Positions 9,104 to 18,499 of a stretch of DNA of 64,000 nucleotides are shown here, one piece after another. The notes under the pieces were generated by a model. That model saw only the letters and a program-made list of their open reading frames with translations, was not told the origin of the DNA and did not search any database. Numbering within the stretch: the stretch's first letter is position 1; each line of letters begins with the position of its first letter. Origin of the DNA: Chlorobiaceae bacterium (GTDB lineage Bacteria > Bacteroidota > Ignavibacteria > UBA10030 > SZUA-254); contig PNNN01000039.1 in the NCBI GenBank assembly GCA_013824245.1, forward strand, positions 75,250 to 139,249, given 5' to 3'. The translations under genes were made by a program, and so were the position numbers.

Positions 9104-11491
9104 ATGCCACAATCAGAAGCCTTTTCCCGTGTACTCATTGACCGTGCGTTGACAGACAGCGGATGGGATTTGCTTGATTCTCATTCAGTTGAATTTGAAC
9201 ATCATTCAATCGATGGACGCGCGGACTATATCTTAAAAGATAAGTATGGACGTGCACTATGTGTAATCGAGGCAAAGAAGGAAGAACTTGATCCGTACGA
9301 CGCAAAAGAACAGGCACGCGGGTATGCTGCGAATCGTAATGCACCATTTGTTATTCTCTCCAATGGCATTGTTCATTACTTCTGGAATCTTCAGCAAGCC
9401 GCACACCAAGATGCATATCGCATTGAACGGCTACCCTCTAGAGAGGATTTAGAACGACAACTTCTTAAGAACCTTAACCCTCCACGCCAATTACAAACAG
9501 AGCGCATAACTCCTGAGTACCTCAAACTATTGCGGAATGATTTAACACTTCGGGGTTATCAAATCCGGGCAATGGATGTGATTGCACAGCAGTTCGATAC
9601 TTTAGGAAAACGAAAGTTTCTTCTTGAGATGGCAACAGGAACCGGGAAAACACTACTTTGTGCTGCCATGATAAGAAGATTCCTTTTAACAAGAAATGCC
9701 GAACGAGTTCTTTTTATTGTTGACCGCATCGAACTCGCCAAACAGACAATGGAAGATTTCAATGTTATTCTTCCTGAGTATAAACCAGTCATATATAAAA
9801 CAGCAAGGCGAACAGGTGAGTTATTGGGTTCATCTGTCGTTATCGCAACCATACAATCTTTACTGATGGATCGAAGATATCGCGAGGAATTCACTCCGTT
9901 TTATTTTGACCTCGTAATCAACGATGAAGCTCATCGTTCTATCTATGGTGATGCTCGTGAGGTGGTTCAATTTTTCCAGGGGACACGCATCGGATTGACG
10001 GCAACACCAAAGGCATATTTAAAGAATGTGGACATGGCAAAGCTTGTTCAGGAAAATCCCAAAGCATTAGAAGCACGTCTCTTGCGGGATACATACCACT
10101 ATTTTGGTTGTGAACCGGGAGAACCGACCTACCGGTACGACATCATCGATGCTGCAAATGATCCGGAGGGACCGTTTCTTTGCCAACAGAAAATCTTTGA
10201 TGTGCGTTCGGATATCACTACACAAGCTCTTGAAGAAGCCGGATGGACTGTAACGATCAATGAGCAGGAAGAAACGTACAAGATTCAAGACCTTGAAAGA
10301 AAAATATTTACTCCCCACCGCAATTATGTAATGTGCGATGCGTTCTTACAAAACGCGCAACGATCGCCCGATGGACAGATTGGTAAGTCCATTATCTTTG
10401 CAGTGAACCAAACCCATGCAACCGCTATTACAAAAATAATGAATGAATTGCGTCCGGGTATTGCGCTTACCATTACTTCACGAATTCCAGATGCTTCCTC
10501 TATGGCAAAGGAATTTCGCGACGGCAGACGATCAGAGCGTGTCGCTGTTTCAGTTGACATGCTTTCAACAGGATACAATTGCAGAGACCTTCTCAATGTT
10601 GTTTTAATGCGGCCTATCTTTTCCCCGACAGAATATATCCAGATCAAAGGTCGAGGTACAAGAAGATATACCTTCGTCATAAACAATGCAGAGTACGAGA
10701 AGAAGTATTTTTTCCTATTAGATTTCTGCGCTGTCGCCGAGTACTTTGCAGAAAAATATGATTACTCAGCACCACTCAAGGTTCGCACTTCCGGCGGTTC
10801 TTCTTCTACGCCGGTTCGTTATCAACCGCCTGAAGGCGGCGGGATTATCAGCGATACTGGTGAAACATACAGCCCAAGAACAGATATTCCCATCTGGGAA
10901 GGTACCGACCGCGTTATAAAACAGGAAGTGCGCATCGTCGGGCCAAACGGCGAAAAAGTCGATGTGATGACATTCCGCGGATCGTTTGAACGAGATATAA
11001 AAGATTACATACAGACGGATGGAGAACTTCAGCAAGCTGTGGACACAGAAGATGACGATTCCATTGAAACAATTGTTCAGGAACGATTCTATCATCGTCC
11101 GGAAATGTTCTATTCGCCCGATAAGCTAATTATTTCATACGGTGTTCCTGCTACAACTCCAGCATTTGTATATAATGCACTTGGTAAGAAACCGTTGCCG
11201 ACTAAGCAGGAAATCATTTCGGATACTGTTGATTCTATCGCGGCACAGTTTAACCTTCGCTACAATGAACAAAAATGGCTGAATGCTACTGCCGAACTTG
11301 TTGCAGACGATCCGGCCGCATTGAAGGACTTCTTAGAAGGAAAGACCACCATCTTTGAGCGAAGTCAATTTCGGTTACTAGGTGATCTTCATGCTTTGAT
11401 GCAATTCAGAGAGCGCGATGCTGCCTTTGAAGCTCTGCGACAGTCATTGTTAGTACGGCAAGTATCGTTAACAGCAGGAACAACAACATAG
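9104..11491 (+). CDS. hsdR: Type I restriction endonuclease subunit R (EcoAI/EcoEI-like, ~800 aa)
   Basis: ADYIL...VIEAKK nuclease motif; MATGTGKT Walker A; INDEAHRS; GLTATP; SVDMLSTG; QIKGRGTR. Confidence 0.92.
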   Translation: MPQSEAFSRVLIDRALTDSGWDLLDSHSVEFEHHSIDGRADYILKDKYGRALCVIEAKKEELDPYDAKEQARGYAANRNAPFVILSNGIVHYFWNLQQAAHQDAYRIERLPSREDLERQLLKNLNPPRQLQTERITPEYLKLLRNDLTLRGYQIRAMDVIAQQFDTLGKRKFLLEMATGTGKTLLCAAMIRRFLLTRNAERVLFIVDRIELAKQTMEDFNVILPEYKPVIYKTARRTGELLGSSVVIATIQSLLMDRRYREEFTPFYFDLVINDEAHRSIYGDAREVVQFFQGTRIGLTATPKAYLKNVDMAKLVQENPKALEARLLRDTYHYFGCEPGEPTYRYDIIDAANDPEGPFLCQQKIFDVRSDITTQALEEAGWTVTINEQEETYKIQDLERKIFTPHRNYVMCDAFLQNAQRSPDGQIGKSIIFAVNQTHATAITKIMNELRPGIALTITSRIPDASSMAKEFRDGRRSERVAVSVDMLSTGYNCRDLLNVVLMRPIFSPTEYIQIKGRGTRRYTFVINNAEYEKKYFFLLDFCAVAEYFAEKYDYSAPLKVRTSGGSSSTPVRYQPPEGGGIISDTGETYSPRTDIPIWEGTDRVIKQEVRIVGPNGEKVDVMTFRGSFERDIKDYIQTDGELQQAVDTEDDDSIETIVQERFYHRPEMFYSPDKLIISYGVPATTPAFVYNALGKKPLPTKQEIISDTVDSIAAQFNLRYNEQKWLNATAELVADDPAALKDFLEGKTTIFERSQFRLLGDLHALMQFRERDAAFEALRQSLLVRQVSLTAGTTT

Positions 11492-11501
11492 TCCTCTATT
11501 C

Positions 11502-11585
11502 TGTCATTCCCACATGTTTTAAGTGGGAATCCAGGACAAGGGTTACACTTCTCTGGATTCCCTATAGAAGCATAGGGGAATGACA
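11502..11585. repeat. REP/dRS3-like palindromic element between hsdR and hsdM
   Basis: tgtcattcccacatgttttaagtgggaatccag...ctggattccctatagaagcataggggaatgaca; same architecture as 8488-8569. Confidence 0.75.
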
Positions 11586-11612
11586 AAAAGGAAAAAGAAA
11601 CAAACAAACATT

Positions 11613-13115
11613 ATGCAAAACGGAACAACAAAAAAAACGAATGGCTCAAATTTCTTCTCCTCAGGATTGCGCGAAAAGATCGACCGCCTGATGAATGTCC
11701 TTTGGGCTGGTGGCGTCAATAACCCGATGGATTCCATCGAACAGCTTTCATATCTCGTCTTTCTGCGCCTGCTTTCCGAGCGGGACGATATGCAAGCCGC
11801 ATTGGATAAAAAGTATAAACGTATCTTCTCAGGTGATTGGGCAAAGTATGCATGGGGCAACTTTGTTACGCTTACCGGCGATGCATTGTTCGATGCAGTT
11901 CGTGGAGCAATAGAGAAGTTCCAGGAGCTTCCCGCACTCTCTCAAACCGGAAAATTACTCTTCAACCGTGCTACATTGAAAATCTATGAACGGTCAACGT
12001 TGCGCACGGTGATACAGGAACTGAATGAAATGGCTCTCTCTTCACACGACGGACAGGATTTAAAGGGAGATATGTATGAGTATCTTCTAAGCAAGCTTGC
12101 ACAATCGGGCACCAATGGACAGTTCCGCACACCGCGCCATATTATTGATATGATCGTTACAATGGTTGATCCGAAACCTAAAGACCGTATCTGCGACCCG
12201 GCATGCGGAACGGCGGGATTTCTTATTTCAGCTTATACCCACATTCTACAAAAACATACAAAGCCTGCTGATCTTACACGTGGCGTGAAAGACGGAAGTT
12301 TGTTAAGCCCAGCGGAATTCAAATTTCTTGAAGAGCAGGCATTTACCGGATATGACAACGACTCCGGCATGGTGAAGATTGCTATAATGAATCTGTATCT
12401 GCACAAATTGGATAAGGCAAATATCGAAATTCATAATCCGCTTATAGCAAACAAAGGCGGTTCGTATCCCGGTATGTTGTACGATGTGATTCTTGCTAAT
12501 CCGCCGTTTGCCGGAAAGATAAATAAGGAAAGCATTCTTGCGGACATCGGTTTAGAGACGCGCGATACGGAATTGCTATTTGTGAAATGGTTCATCGACC
12601 ATTTAACGCCCGGCGGGCGTGCCGGTGTGATTGTGCCGAACGGCGTACTCTTTGGTTCCAGCAAGGCAGATAAGAAAGTGCGCGAGCTTCTCTTAACAAC
12701 ATGCGAGTTGCAGGCAGTGATTAGTTTACCTTCGGGCGTGTTCAAGCCGTATTCCGGCGTTGGCACGGCGGTGCTCATTTTTCAAAAACAACCTCACCAT
12801 AAATTCGTCTGGTTCTACGAACTGACTGCCGACGGATATTCGTTAGATGATAAACGTACGCCGATAGAAGCCAATGACATTCCCGATATTCTTGCCAAAT
12901 GGCAGGCAAAAGAAGAAGGGCCAAATAGTTTCTGCGTTCCAATTGAGCGGATACAGGAAAACAATTGGAACTTGATGGCAGGTCGATACAAACCGATAAT
13001 CGTTTCGACCGTAAAGCACGATTCGCCGGACAAAATTCTTGGAGAGATTATAGAACTTGAAACAACTATTGCCAGCCGTGCAGCGAAACTCCAAGAGGCA
13101 TTGAAGAAGAAATGA
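11613..13115 (+). CDS. hsdM: Type I RM N6-adenine methyltransferase subunit M
   Basis: GQFRTPRHI; DPACGTAGFL (motif I); ILANPPF (motif IV); LPSGVFKPY. Start moved to 11613 because ATG 11580 lies inside the repeat. Confidence 0.93.
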   Translation: MQNGTTKKTNGSNFFSSGLREKIDRLMNVLWAGGVNNPMDSIEQLSYLVFLRLLSERDDMQAALDKKYKRIFSGDWAKYAWGNFVTLTGDALFDAVRGAIEKFQELPALSQTGKLLFNRATLKIYERSTLRTVIQELNEMALSSHDGQDLKGDMYEYLLSKLAQSGTNGQFRTPRHIIDMIVTMVDPKPKDRICDPACGTAGFLISAYTHILQKHTKPADLTRGVKDGSLLSPAEFKFLEEQAFTGYDNDSGMVKIAIMNLYLHKLDKANIEIHNPLIANKGGSYPGMLYDVILANPPFAGKINKESILADIGLETRDTELLFVKWFIDHLTPGGRAGVIVPNGVLFGSSKADKKVRELLLTTCELQAVISLPSGVFKPYSGVGTAVLIFQKQPHHKFVWFYELTADGYSLDDKRTPIEANDIPDILAKWQAKEEGPNSFCVPIERIQENNWNLMAGRYKPIIVSTVKHDSPDKILGEIIELETTIASRAAKLQEALKKK

Positions 13116-14260
13116 CCCAACAGTTATCAACACGACTTGGAGATGTTTGTACGTTTCGAAAAGGGAAAAAACCCTCGATAACATTTGATGAACAAGTTGC
13201 TGGCTCACAACCATATCTACTGATTGAAAGCTTCGATGGAACTAGGGAAAATTTTACAAATGATTTAAGTTGTGTGCTTTGCTCTGAGGACGATACTTTA
13301 ATAGTTTGCGATGGAGCAAGAAGTGGTTTAACAAGTTTTGGGCATCGAGGATACGTGGGTTCAACTATTGCTGCACTTGTACCAGATAAGGGCAAAATAT
13401 TTCCAGGATTCCTTTATCACTTTGTTAATTCCCGATATGAATTTCTCAATAAGAGTGTTCATGGTGCTGCTGTTCCGCATATCGAACGTCAATTGTTGCT
13501 TGGGCTTAGATTTCATCTTCCTCCGCTTACTGAGCAAGAGCGCATTGTTCGCATACTGAATGAAGCAGAAGAAATGAAGCGGCTTCGCGCCCAAGCCAAC
13601 AACCGCACCACTGACTTTATCCCCGCTTTGTTTGATGAGATGTTTGGAGATCCGGTGAAGAATGAAAAAAGATGGACATTGAAATCCGTTGGAGAACTCT
13701 TGACATTATGTGAATATGGAACAAGTGAGAAGGCAGATGATGATTCTACAGGAATTCCCATGTTACGAATGGGCAATGTTTCAGTAACCGGAGAATTGAT
13801 ATTAAATGACTTAAAGTATATCAAGTTGAATGAATCGGACAAGAAAAAATATCTTTTACAAAAAGGAGATATTCTTTTCAATAGAACAAATAGCCGAGAA
13901 TTAGTAGGAAAGACCGGTATGTGGGATGGGCGCTTTGATGCTGTTGCCGCTTCATATTTTATTCGGTTACGCTTTGATGAACAATTAGAAAGCCCTCTCC
14001 ACTTCACTGTTTTTATGAATTTAGCACTGATGAAACAACGCCTTATGAGTATGGCACGAGGCGCTGTTGGTCAAGCAAATATTAATGCTAAGGAACTGCA
14101 ATCGATTATGGTGCCAGTTCCACCAATTGAACTTCAAAATGAATTTGCCGCTAGAGTGGAAGAAATACGCATCCTCGAATTAGACCAGTTCGTTGGAGAG
14201 CAAAAGGTCGAATCTCTTTTTCAATCACTTCTACACCGTGCATTTGAAGGGGAGTTATGA
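13112..14260 (+). CDS. hsdS: Type I RM specificity subunit S
   Basis: Two TRDs with conserved LPPLTEQERIV and VPPIELQNEF helices; GAAVPHI and GAVGQANIN; ATGA overlap with hsdM. Confidence 0.92.
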   Translation: MTQQLSTRLGDVCTFRKGKKPSITFDEQVAGSQPYLLIESFDGTRENFTNDLSCVLCSEDDTLIVCDGARSGLTSFGHRGYVGSTIAALVPDKGKIFPGFLYHFVNSRYEFLNKSVHGAAVPHIERQLLLGLRFHLPPLTEQERIVRILNEAEEMKRLRAQANNRTTDFIPALFDEMFGDPVKNEKRWTLKSVGELLTLCEYGTSEKADDDSTGIPMLRMGNVSVTGELILNDLKYIKLNESDKKKYLLQKGDILFNRTNSRELVGKTGMWDGRFDAVAASYFIRLRFDEQLESPLHFTVFMNLALMKQRLMSMARGAVGQANINAKELQSIMVPVPPIELQNEFAARVEEIRILELDQFVGEQKVESLFQSLLHRAFEGEL

Positions 14261-15090
14261 TCGGGAATTTGAGAAATCATTGGAGCTATACAGTCCAGGA
14301 AATCTGGGAACCGCTTTTATCACATACAAATGCACCCGAAGATTTATTTATTGCCTTGTTTGACGCTGTAGAAAGACATCTTGGTGTTGAAACACCGGCA
14401 GTATTGTATGAACAAATCAGAAACGATCCTGTGACCGCGCTAGTCGAATTCGAAAATCTAAAGGGAACGGATTTCAAATCAGAATCTTCCATCGCACAAT
14501 TCATCGAAGACGCATATCCGGTTATAGAAGACTATGGAGTTAGTGGTTATGGTGAAAAATTCAAGTCTCTTTTACGAACCTTCATTACAAAATATAACTT
14601 ACGCTATCGACTGGATGATCCGTTTGAATTGAGGTTCCTATTACCCGGTTCGTTTGCAAATCTGTATAATGATCTGAGGAGAATTAATGCAACGAGTCCT
14701 ACGCTTGTTAGTCTGATGTCTGATTTTGAATATGCTTTTAATCAATTCTCGAGAACACTTACTCAAGCTGACTTGAAAACTTGCATTGCTAAGGCGAGCA
14801 ATTATGCAGAAGGACTTGCTTCTTTTACAAACGGGAATCCAACAGCAGGAAACACGCTAGGTGCTCTCTGCAATCTAATGAATACTTGGCCGCATGATAA
14901 AGTGAAGGAATCCATCGTCAACCTCTATCACTTTTGTTCAGACTATCCAGGGTTACGCCATGGCGGCTCTCCAATTGGTGTTCGAAGAGGGCTAAGTAAT
15001 GAAGATCCTATTCTCGTTTCAATTCTTCTCTTTGCATTCTCAGGATACCTGACTACGAATTTGAACAAGCAAGAAGTACTGGGGGCGTGA
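14257..15090 (+). CDS. AbiJ/Abi_C-like putative abortive-infection protein coupled to the RM operon
   Basis: ATGA overlap with hsdS; C-terminal TLGALC...HDKVKESIVNLYHFCSDYPGLRHG...FAFSGYL resembles the TLGxxL..H..LY.x.SD..GIRH pattern of AbiJ-type proteins. Confidence 0.55.
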   Translation: MIGNLRNHWSYTVQEIWEPLLSHTNAPEDLFIALFDAVERHLGVETPAVLYEQIRNDPVTALVEFENLKGTDFKSESSIAQFIEDAYPVIEDYGVSGYGEKFKSLLRTFITKYNLRYRLDDPFELRFLLPGSFANLYNDLRRINATSPTLVSLMSDFEYAFNQFSRTLTQADLKTCIAKASNYAEGLASFTNGNPTAGNTLGALCNLMNTWPHDKVKESIVNLYHFCSDYPGLRHGGSPIGVRRGLSNEDPILVSILLFAFSGYLTTNLNKQEVLGA

Positions 15091-15273
15091 GCCACTCTTG
15101 ACATTAGACAATCGGTGAGCTTCACCTATCTCACCGGAAAATATCCAACTTTCGTTACAATCTTAAAAATCAATCTTGAAACTCCGCTCCACATCCTATT
15201 TTCTATTTTGAAAACCAAACCTCAAAATCTCTCCAATTTTCAACTTTTTTAATCAAAATCCAACATTTATCAC

Positions 15274-15288
15274 TGGCATAATAGTTGA
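15274..15288 (+). promoter_or_regulatory. Candidate sigma54 (-24/-12) promoter for the merR-psr operon
   Basis: TGGCAT-N5-TTGA; correct GG spacing but GA instead of GC at -12; 25 bp before ATG 15314. Confidence 0.45.
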
Positions 15289-15313
15289 TATTTATAAATA
15301 TCAACTTTAGCCT

Positions 15314-15778
15314 ATGAGATCAGAAATTATTCAAAATCAGGATACACCTCTCTATTCAATCAGCACTGCGGCGAAGATGCTCGGCATCTCCGTGCATACG
15401 GTGAGGATGTACGAGCGTGCCGGATTAATCCTACCGTTTCAAAAAGAATCGAGCCACCGGCTTTACTCGCAGTCGGATATTGAGCGGTTGAATTGTATCC
15501 GCCGCGCGATCAACGAAGATAAAATCGGCATAGCAGGTATACAGCGAATCCACGCTCTGATTCCTTGCTGGGAAATTGTTTCATGTTCCCAAAAGGATCG
15601 TGAACAATGTGAGGCGTACAGAAATCATACTAAAGCATGCTGGACTTTCGACCATCCGAAAAATACCTGCAAGACTCGTGAATGCAGAACTTGTCCTGTC
15701 TATAAAGAATCAATCGACTGCACGAAAATAAAAAACAGAATTATCGGGATAACGGAGAAATATGAATCCACTATCTAG
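15314..15778 (+). CDS. MerR-family regulator with C-terminal Cys-rich two-CW domain
   Basis: LYSISTAAKMLGISVHTVRMYERAGLI..HRLYSQSD HTH; C-terminal PCWE..C..C..CW..C..CRTCPVY..C (8 Cys); stop overlaps psrA start. Confidence 0.85.
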   Translation: MRSEIIQNQDTPLYSISTAAKMLGISVHTVRMYERAGLILPFQKESSHRLYSQSDIERLNCIRRAINEDKIGIAGIQRIHALIPCWEIVSCSQKDREQCEAYRNHTKACWTFDHPKNTCKTRECRTCPVYKESIDCTKIKNRIIGITEKYESTI

Positions 15779-17951
15779 AAGAAAATTTTTAAAAATATCC
15801 GGCGCGACTATTGCCGCCGCGGCAGCGGTAGGCACTGTATCTAAAGCGTTGGAAAAAACCGGCGCTGCAAAACAAAAAGGTGTACAAAAAATTCCGACAT
15901 ACTGCGACATCTGTTTCTGGAAATGCGGAGCAATAGCTTATGTACGCGACGGTAAACTCTGGAAGATCGAAGGTAATCCACTTGATCCTCTAAGCCGAGG
16001 TCGATTGTGTCCGCGCGGCACGGGCGGCATAGGCGCGCATTACGACCCGGATAGATTACGCTCACCGTTGATTCGCACGCAAGAGCGCGGAAAAGAAATA
16101 TGGAAGGAAGTAACCTGGGATGAAGCTCTCGGTTACATAGCCGATAAAATGCAGAAGATAAAATCGCAGTACGGACCGGAATCTGTTGCGGCGTTCAGTC
16201 ATGGCATTGGCGGGAATTTTCTAAAACACACACTTAAAGCATACGGCGCCATCAACCTTGCCGCACCGTCGTTTGCTCAATGCCGCGGACCAAGAGATGT
16301 CGGATTCAGATTGACATTCGGTGAAGATGTAAGCTCGCCGGAACGAACGGATATAAAAAATGCTCAGTGCCTTGTGCTGATTGGAAGTCATCTTGGCGAG
16401 AACATGCACAACACGCAGGCACAGGAATTTGCCGATGCAGTAGGAAACGGTGCTTCAATTATTGTCGTCGATCCGAGATTCTCTGTCGCCGCTGGTAAAG
16501 CAAAATATTATCTTCCAATCAAACCCGGAACCGATCTCGCATTGCTTCTTGCATGGATGAATGTTATCGTTTCTGAAAATCTTTATGATAAAGAATATGT
16601 TGAGAAGTACGGATTCGGATTCGAGCAGTTCAAGGCAGAGCTTTCATCTTATACTCCTGAGTGGGCTTATCCTGAAACAGGGATCGAACCAAAAATAATT
16701 CGAGCAACCGCACGCGAAATGGCGCGTTATAAACCGGCAACGCTAATTCATCCCGGTAGGCACGTTACGTGGTACGGCGACGATGCACAGCGAAGCAGAG
16801 CTATCGCTTTGCTCAATGCGCTCATGGGAAGCTGGGGAAGAAAAGGCGGTTTCTATTATCCGGTCAGCATGGATGTACCGGGTTATCCTTATCCGGCATA
16901 TCCAACTCCAACAAAAGAGAAAGTTGATAATCCCAATAAAAAATATCCGTTCGCTCACGAGGCAATAACGACCGGAATTCGTGAAGCGACTCTCACAGGA
17001 AATCCATATCCTGTCAAAGGGTGGTTCGTCTATGCTACCAATCTTCTTCAAGCATTGCCGAATGAAGAAATAACCAAGAAAGCAATTCAGAATTTAGATT
17101 TGCTCGTGGTTATTGATGTTATTCCAAGTGAGATCGCGGGATGGGCGGATGTTGTGCTTCCTGAGTCGGTTTATCTTGAGCGGCATGATGATATCAATGT
17201 CGAGTGGTTCCGTGATTCGTTCGTTGGATTGCGGCAACCGGTAGTCGAATCACCGCACGATCAAAAACCGAATTGGTGGATTGCAAAAAAGCTTGCAGAA
17301 AAATTAGGGCTTGGAAATTATTATCCCTGGAAAGATGTCGAAGAGTATATCAGTCACCGCATGACAGCCGCAGGTTTAAGTTATGATGAGTTGAAAAAGA
17401 ACGGCATTATACTTGGCGCCAAACAGCCGAATTATTTTGATGAAGGTGTGCCTGCAGAATTTCAAACTCCATCAGGGAAGATTGAATTTTATTCACTTCA
17501 ACTTCAACAAGCGGGATTCGATCCAGTTCCAAAATATAAACGACCGACTAGCGGTCCCGCTGGATCATTCAGATTATTATACGGCAGGGCGCCGGTGCAT
17601 TCATTCAGCAGAACCCAGACCAATAGAATTTTATCCGACATGATGCCGGAGAATGAAGTCTGGTTGAATGCTAATATCGCCGAGCGTTACGGTTTGAAGA
17701 GCGGTGATTACGTCAAATTAAAAAATCAGGATGGAGTGGTGAGTAATAAAATCAAAGTGAAAGCGACAGAAAGAATCAGGCAGGACTGTGTTTACATGGT
17801 GCACGGTTTTGGTCATACGGCGAAGGGGTTGAAACACGCGTTTGGTAAAGGAGCGAGCGATTCACAATTGCTGACGCGCTTTGAAATTGACCCGCTCATG
17901 GGAGGAACCGGCATGAATATGAATTTCGTAACAATCGAGATGGAGGCATAA
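15762..17951 (+). CDS. psrA: Polysulfide/thiosulfate reductase catalytic subunit (bis-MGD molybdoenzyme, Tat-exported)
   Basis: SRRKFLK Tat motif; CDICFWKC...RLCPRG [4Fe-4S]; PSFAQCRGPR Mo-ligand Cys segment; D-loop VVVDPR; C-terminal GRAPVHSFSRT. Confidence 0.9.
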   Translation: MNPLSRRKFLKISGATIAAAAAVGTVSKALEKTGAAKQKGVQKIPTYCDICFWKCGAIAYVRDGKLWKIEGNPLDPLSRGRLCPRGTGGIGAHYDPDRLRSPLIRTQERGKEIWKEVTWDEALGYIADKMQKIKSQYGPESVAAFSHGIGGNFLKHTLKAYGAINLAAPSFAQCRGPRDVGFRLTFGEDVSSPERTDIKNAQCLVLIGSHLGENMHNTQAQEFADAVGNGASIIVVDPRFSVAAGKAKYYLPIKPGTDLALLLAWMNVIVSENLYDKEYVEKYGFGFEQFKAELSSYTPEWAYPETGIEPKIIRATAREMARYKPATLIHPGRHVTWYGDDAQRSRAIALLNALMGSWGRKGGFYYPVSMDVPGYPYPAYPTPTKEKVDNPNKKYPFAHEAITTGIREATLTGNPYPVKGWFVYATNLLQALPNEEITKKAIQNLDLLVVIDVIPSEIAGWADVVLPESVYLERHDDINVEWFRDSFVGLRQPVVESPHDQKPNWWIAKKLAEKLGLGNYYPWKDVEEYISHRMTAAGLSYDELKKNGIILGAKQPNYFDEGVPAEFQTPSGKIEFYSLQLQQAGFDPVPKYKRPTSGPAGSFRLLYGRAPVHSFSRTQTNRILSDMMPENEVWLNANIAERYGLKSGDYVKLKNQDGVVSNKIKVKATERIRQDCVYMVHGFGHTAKGLKHAFGKGASDSQLLTRFEIDPLMGGTGMNMNFVTIEMEA

Positions 17952-17953
17952 TC

Positions 17954-18493
17954 ATGGCACGGTTTGGAATGGTAATCGATACGAAAAAATGCGTCGGATG
18001 TATGGATTGTGTTGTTGCGTGTAAAACGGAAAACGATGTGCCGGAAGCATTCAATCGCGATTGGATTGTGCAGGATGTGCGCGGAAAAAATCCCGATCTT
18101 CATATGGAAATCAGAACGGAGCGGTGCAATCATTGCGATAATTCTCCGTGCGTTTACTGCTGTCCCACAGGCGCAAGTCATGTGCACGATCTTGGCGGCA
18201 TAGTCCTCGTAACTCACGATTTATGTATAGGTTGTAAGGCGTGTCTCGCTTCATGTCCGTACGATGCAAGATTCATTAATCCTGACGGATACGCGGACAA
18301 ATGTACTTTCTGCGTTCACCGGGTTGAGAAGGGTTTGGATCCTGCGTGTGTTTCGGTCTGTCCGACACATTGCATGTACTTCGGAGATCTCGACGATCCG
18401 AACAGTCAGGTAAGCAAGCTTCTTGCATCAAGAAAAAATCATTCATTGATTCCCGAGGCAGGAACAAAACCACAAATATTTTATTTAGTGTGA
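17954..18493 (+). CDS. psrB: Psr/Phs iron-sulfur subunit (4x[4Fe-4S])
   Basis: CVGCMDCVVAC; CNHCDNSPCVYCCP; CIGCKACLASCP; CTFC...PACVSVCP. Confidence 0.92.
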   Translation: MARFGMVIDTKKCVGCMDCVVACKTENDVPEAFNRDWIVQDVRGKNPDLHMEIRTERCNHCDNSPCVYCCPTGASHVHDLGGIVLVTHDLCIGCKACLASCPYDARFINPDGYADKCTFCVHRVEKGLDPACVSVCPTHCMYFGDLDDPNSQVSKLLASRKNHSLIPEAGTKPQIFYLV

Positions 18494-18499
18494 GGTGAT

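Noticed and set aside
8886-9152. 88-aa ORF upstream of hsdR
   Set aside because: It runs through the attC-like hairpin, overlaps the hsdR start and has no recognisable features.
11580-11612. ORF-track N-terminal extensions (hsdM 11580; also 2387, 25607, 53199, 56052, 57755)
   Set aside because: They arise from repeats, a pseudogene relic or overlaps; downstream starts restore normal signal peptides or lipoboxes.
15112-15136. Second attC site closing an RM cassette
   Set aside because: Short hairpin (cggtgag..ctcaccg) without AAC/GTT outer cores at the right spacing.
7000-15300. Prophage or ICE
   Set aside because: No integrase, transposase, relaxase or phage structural genes in the window.
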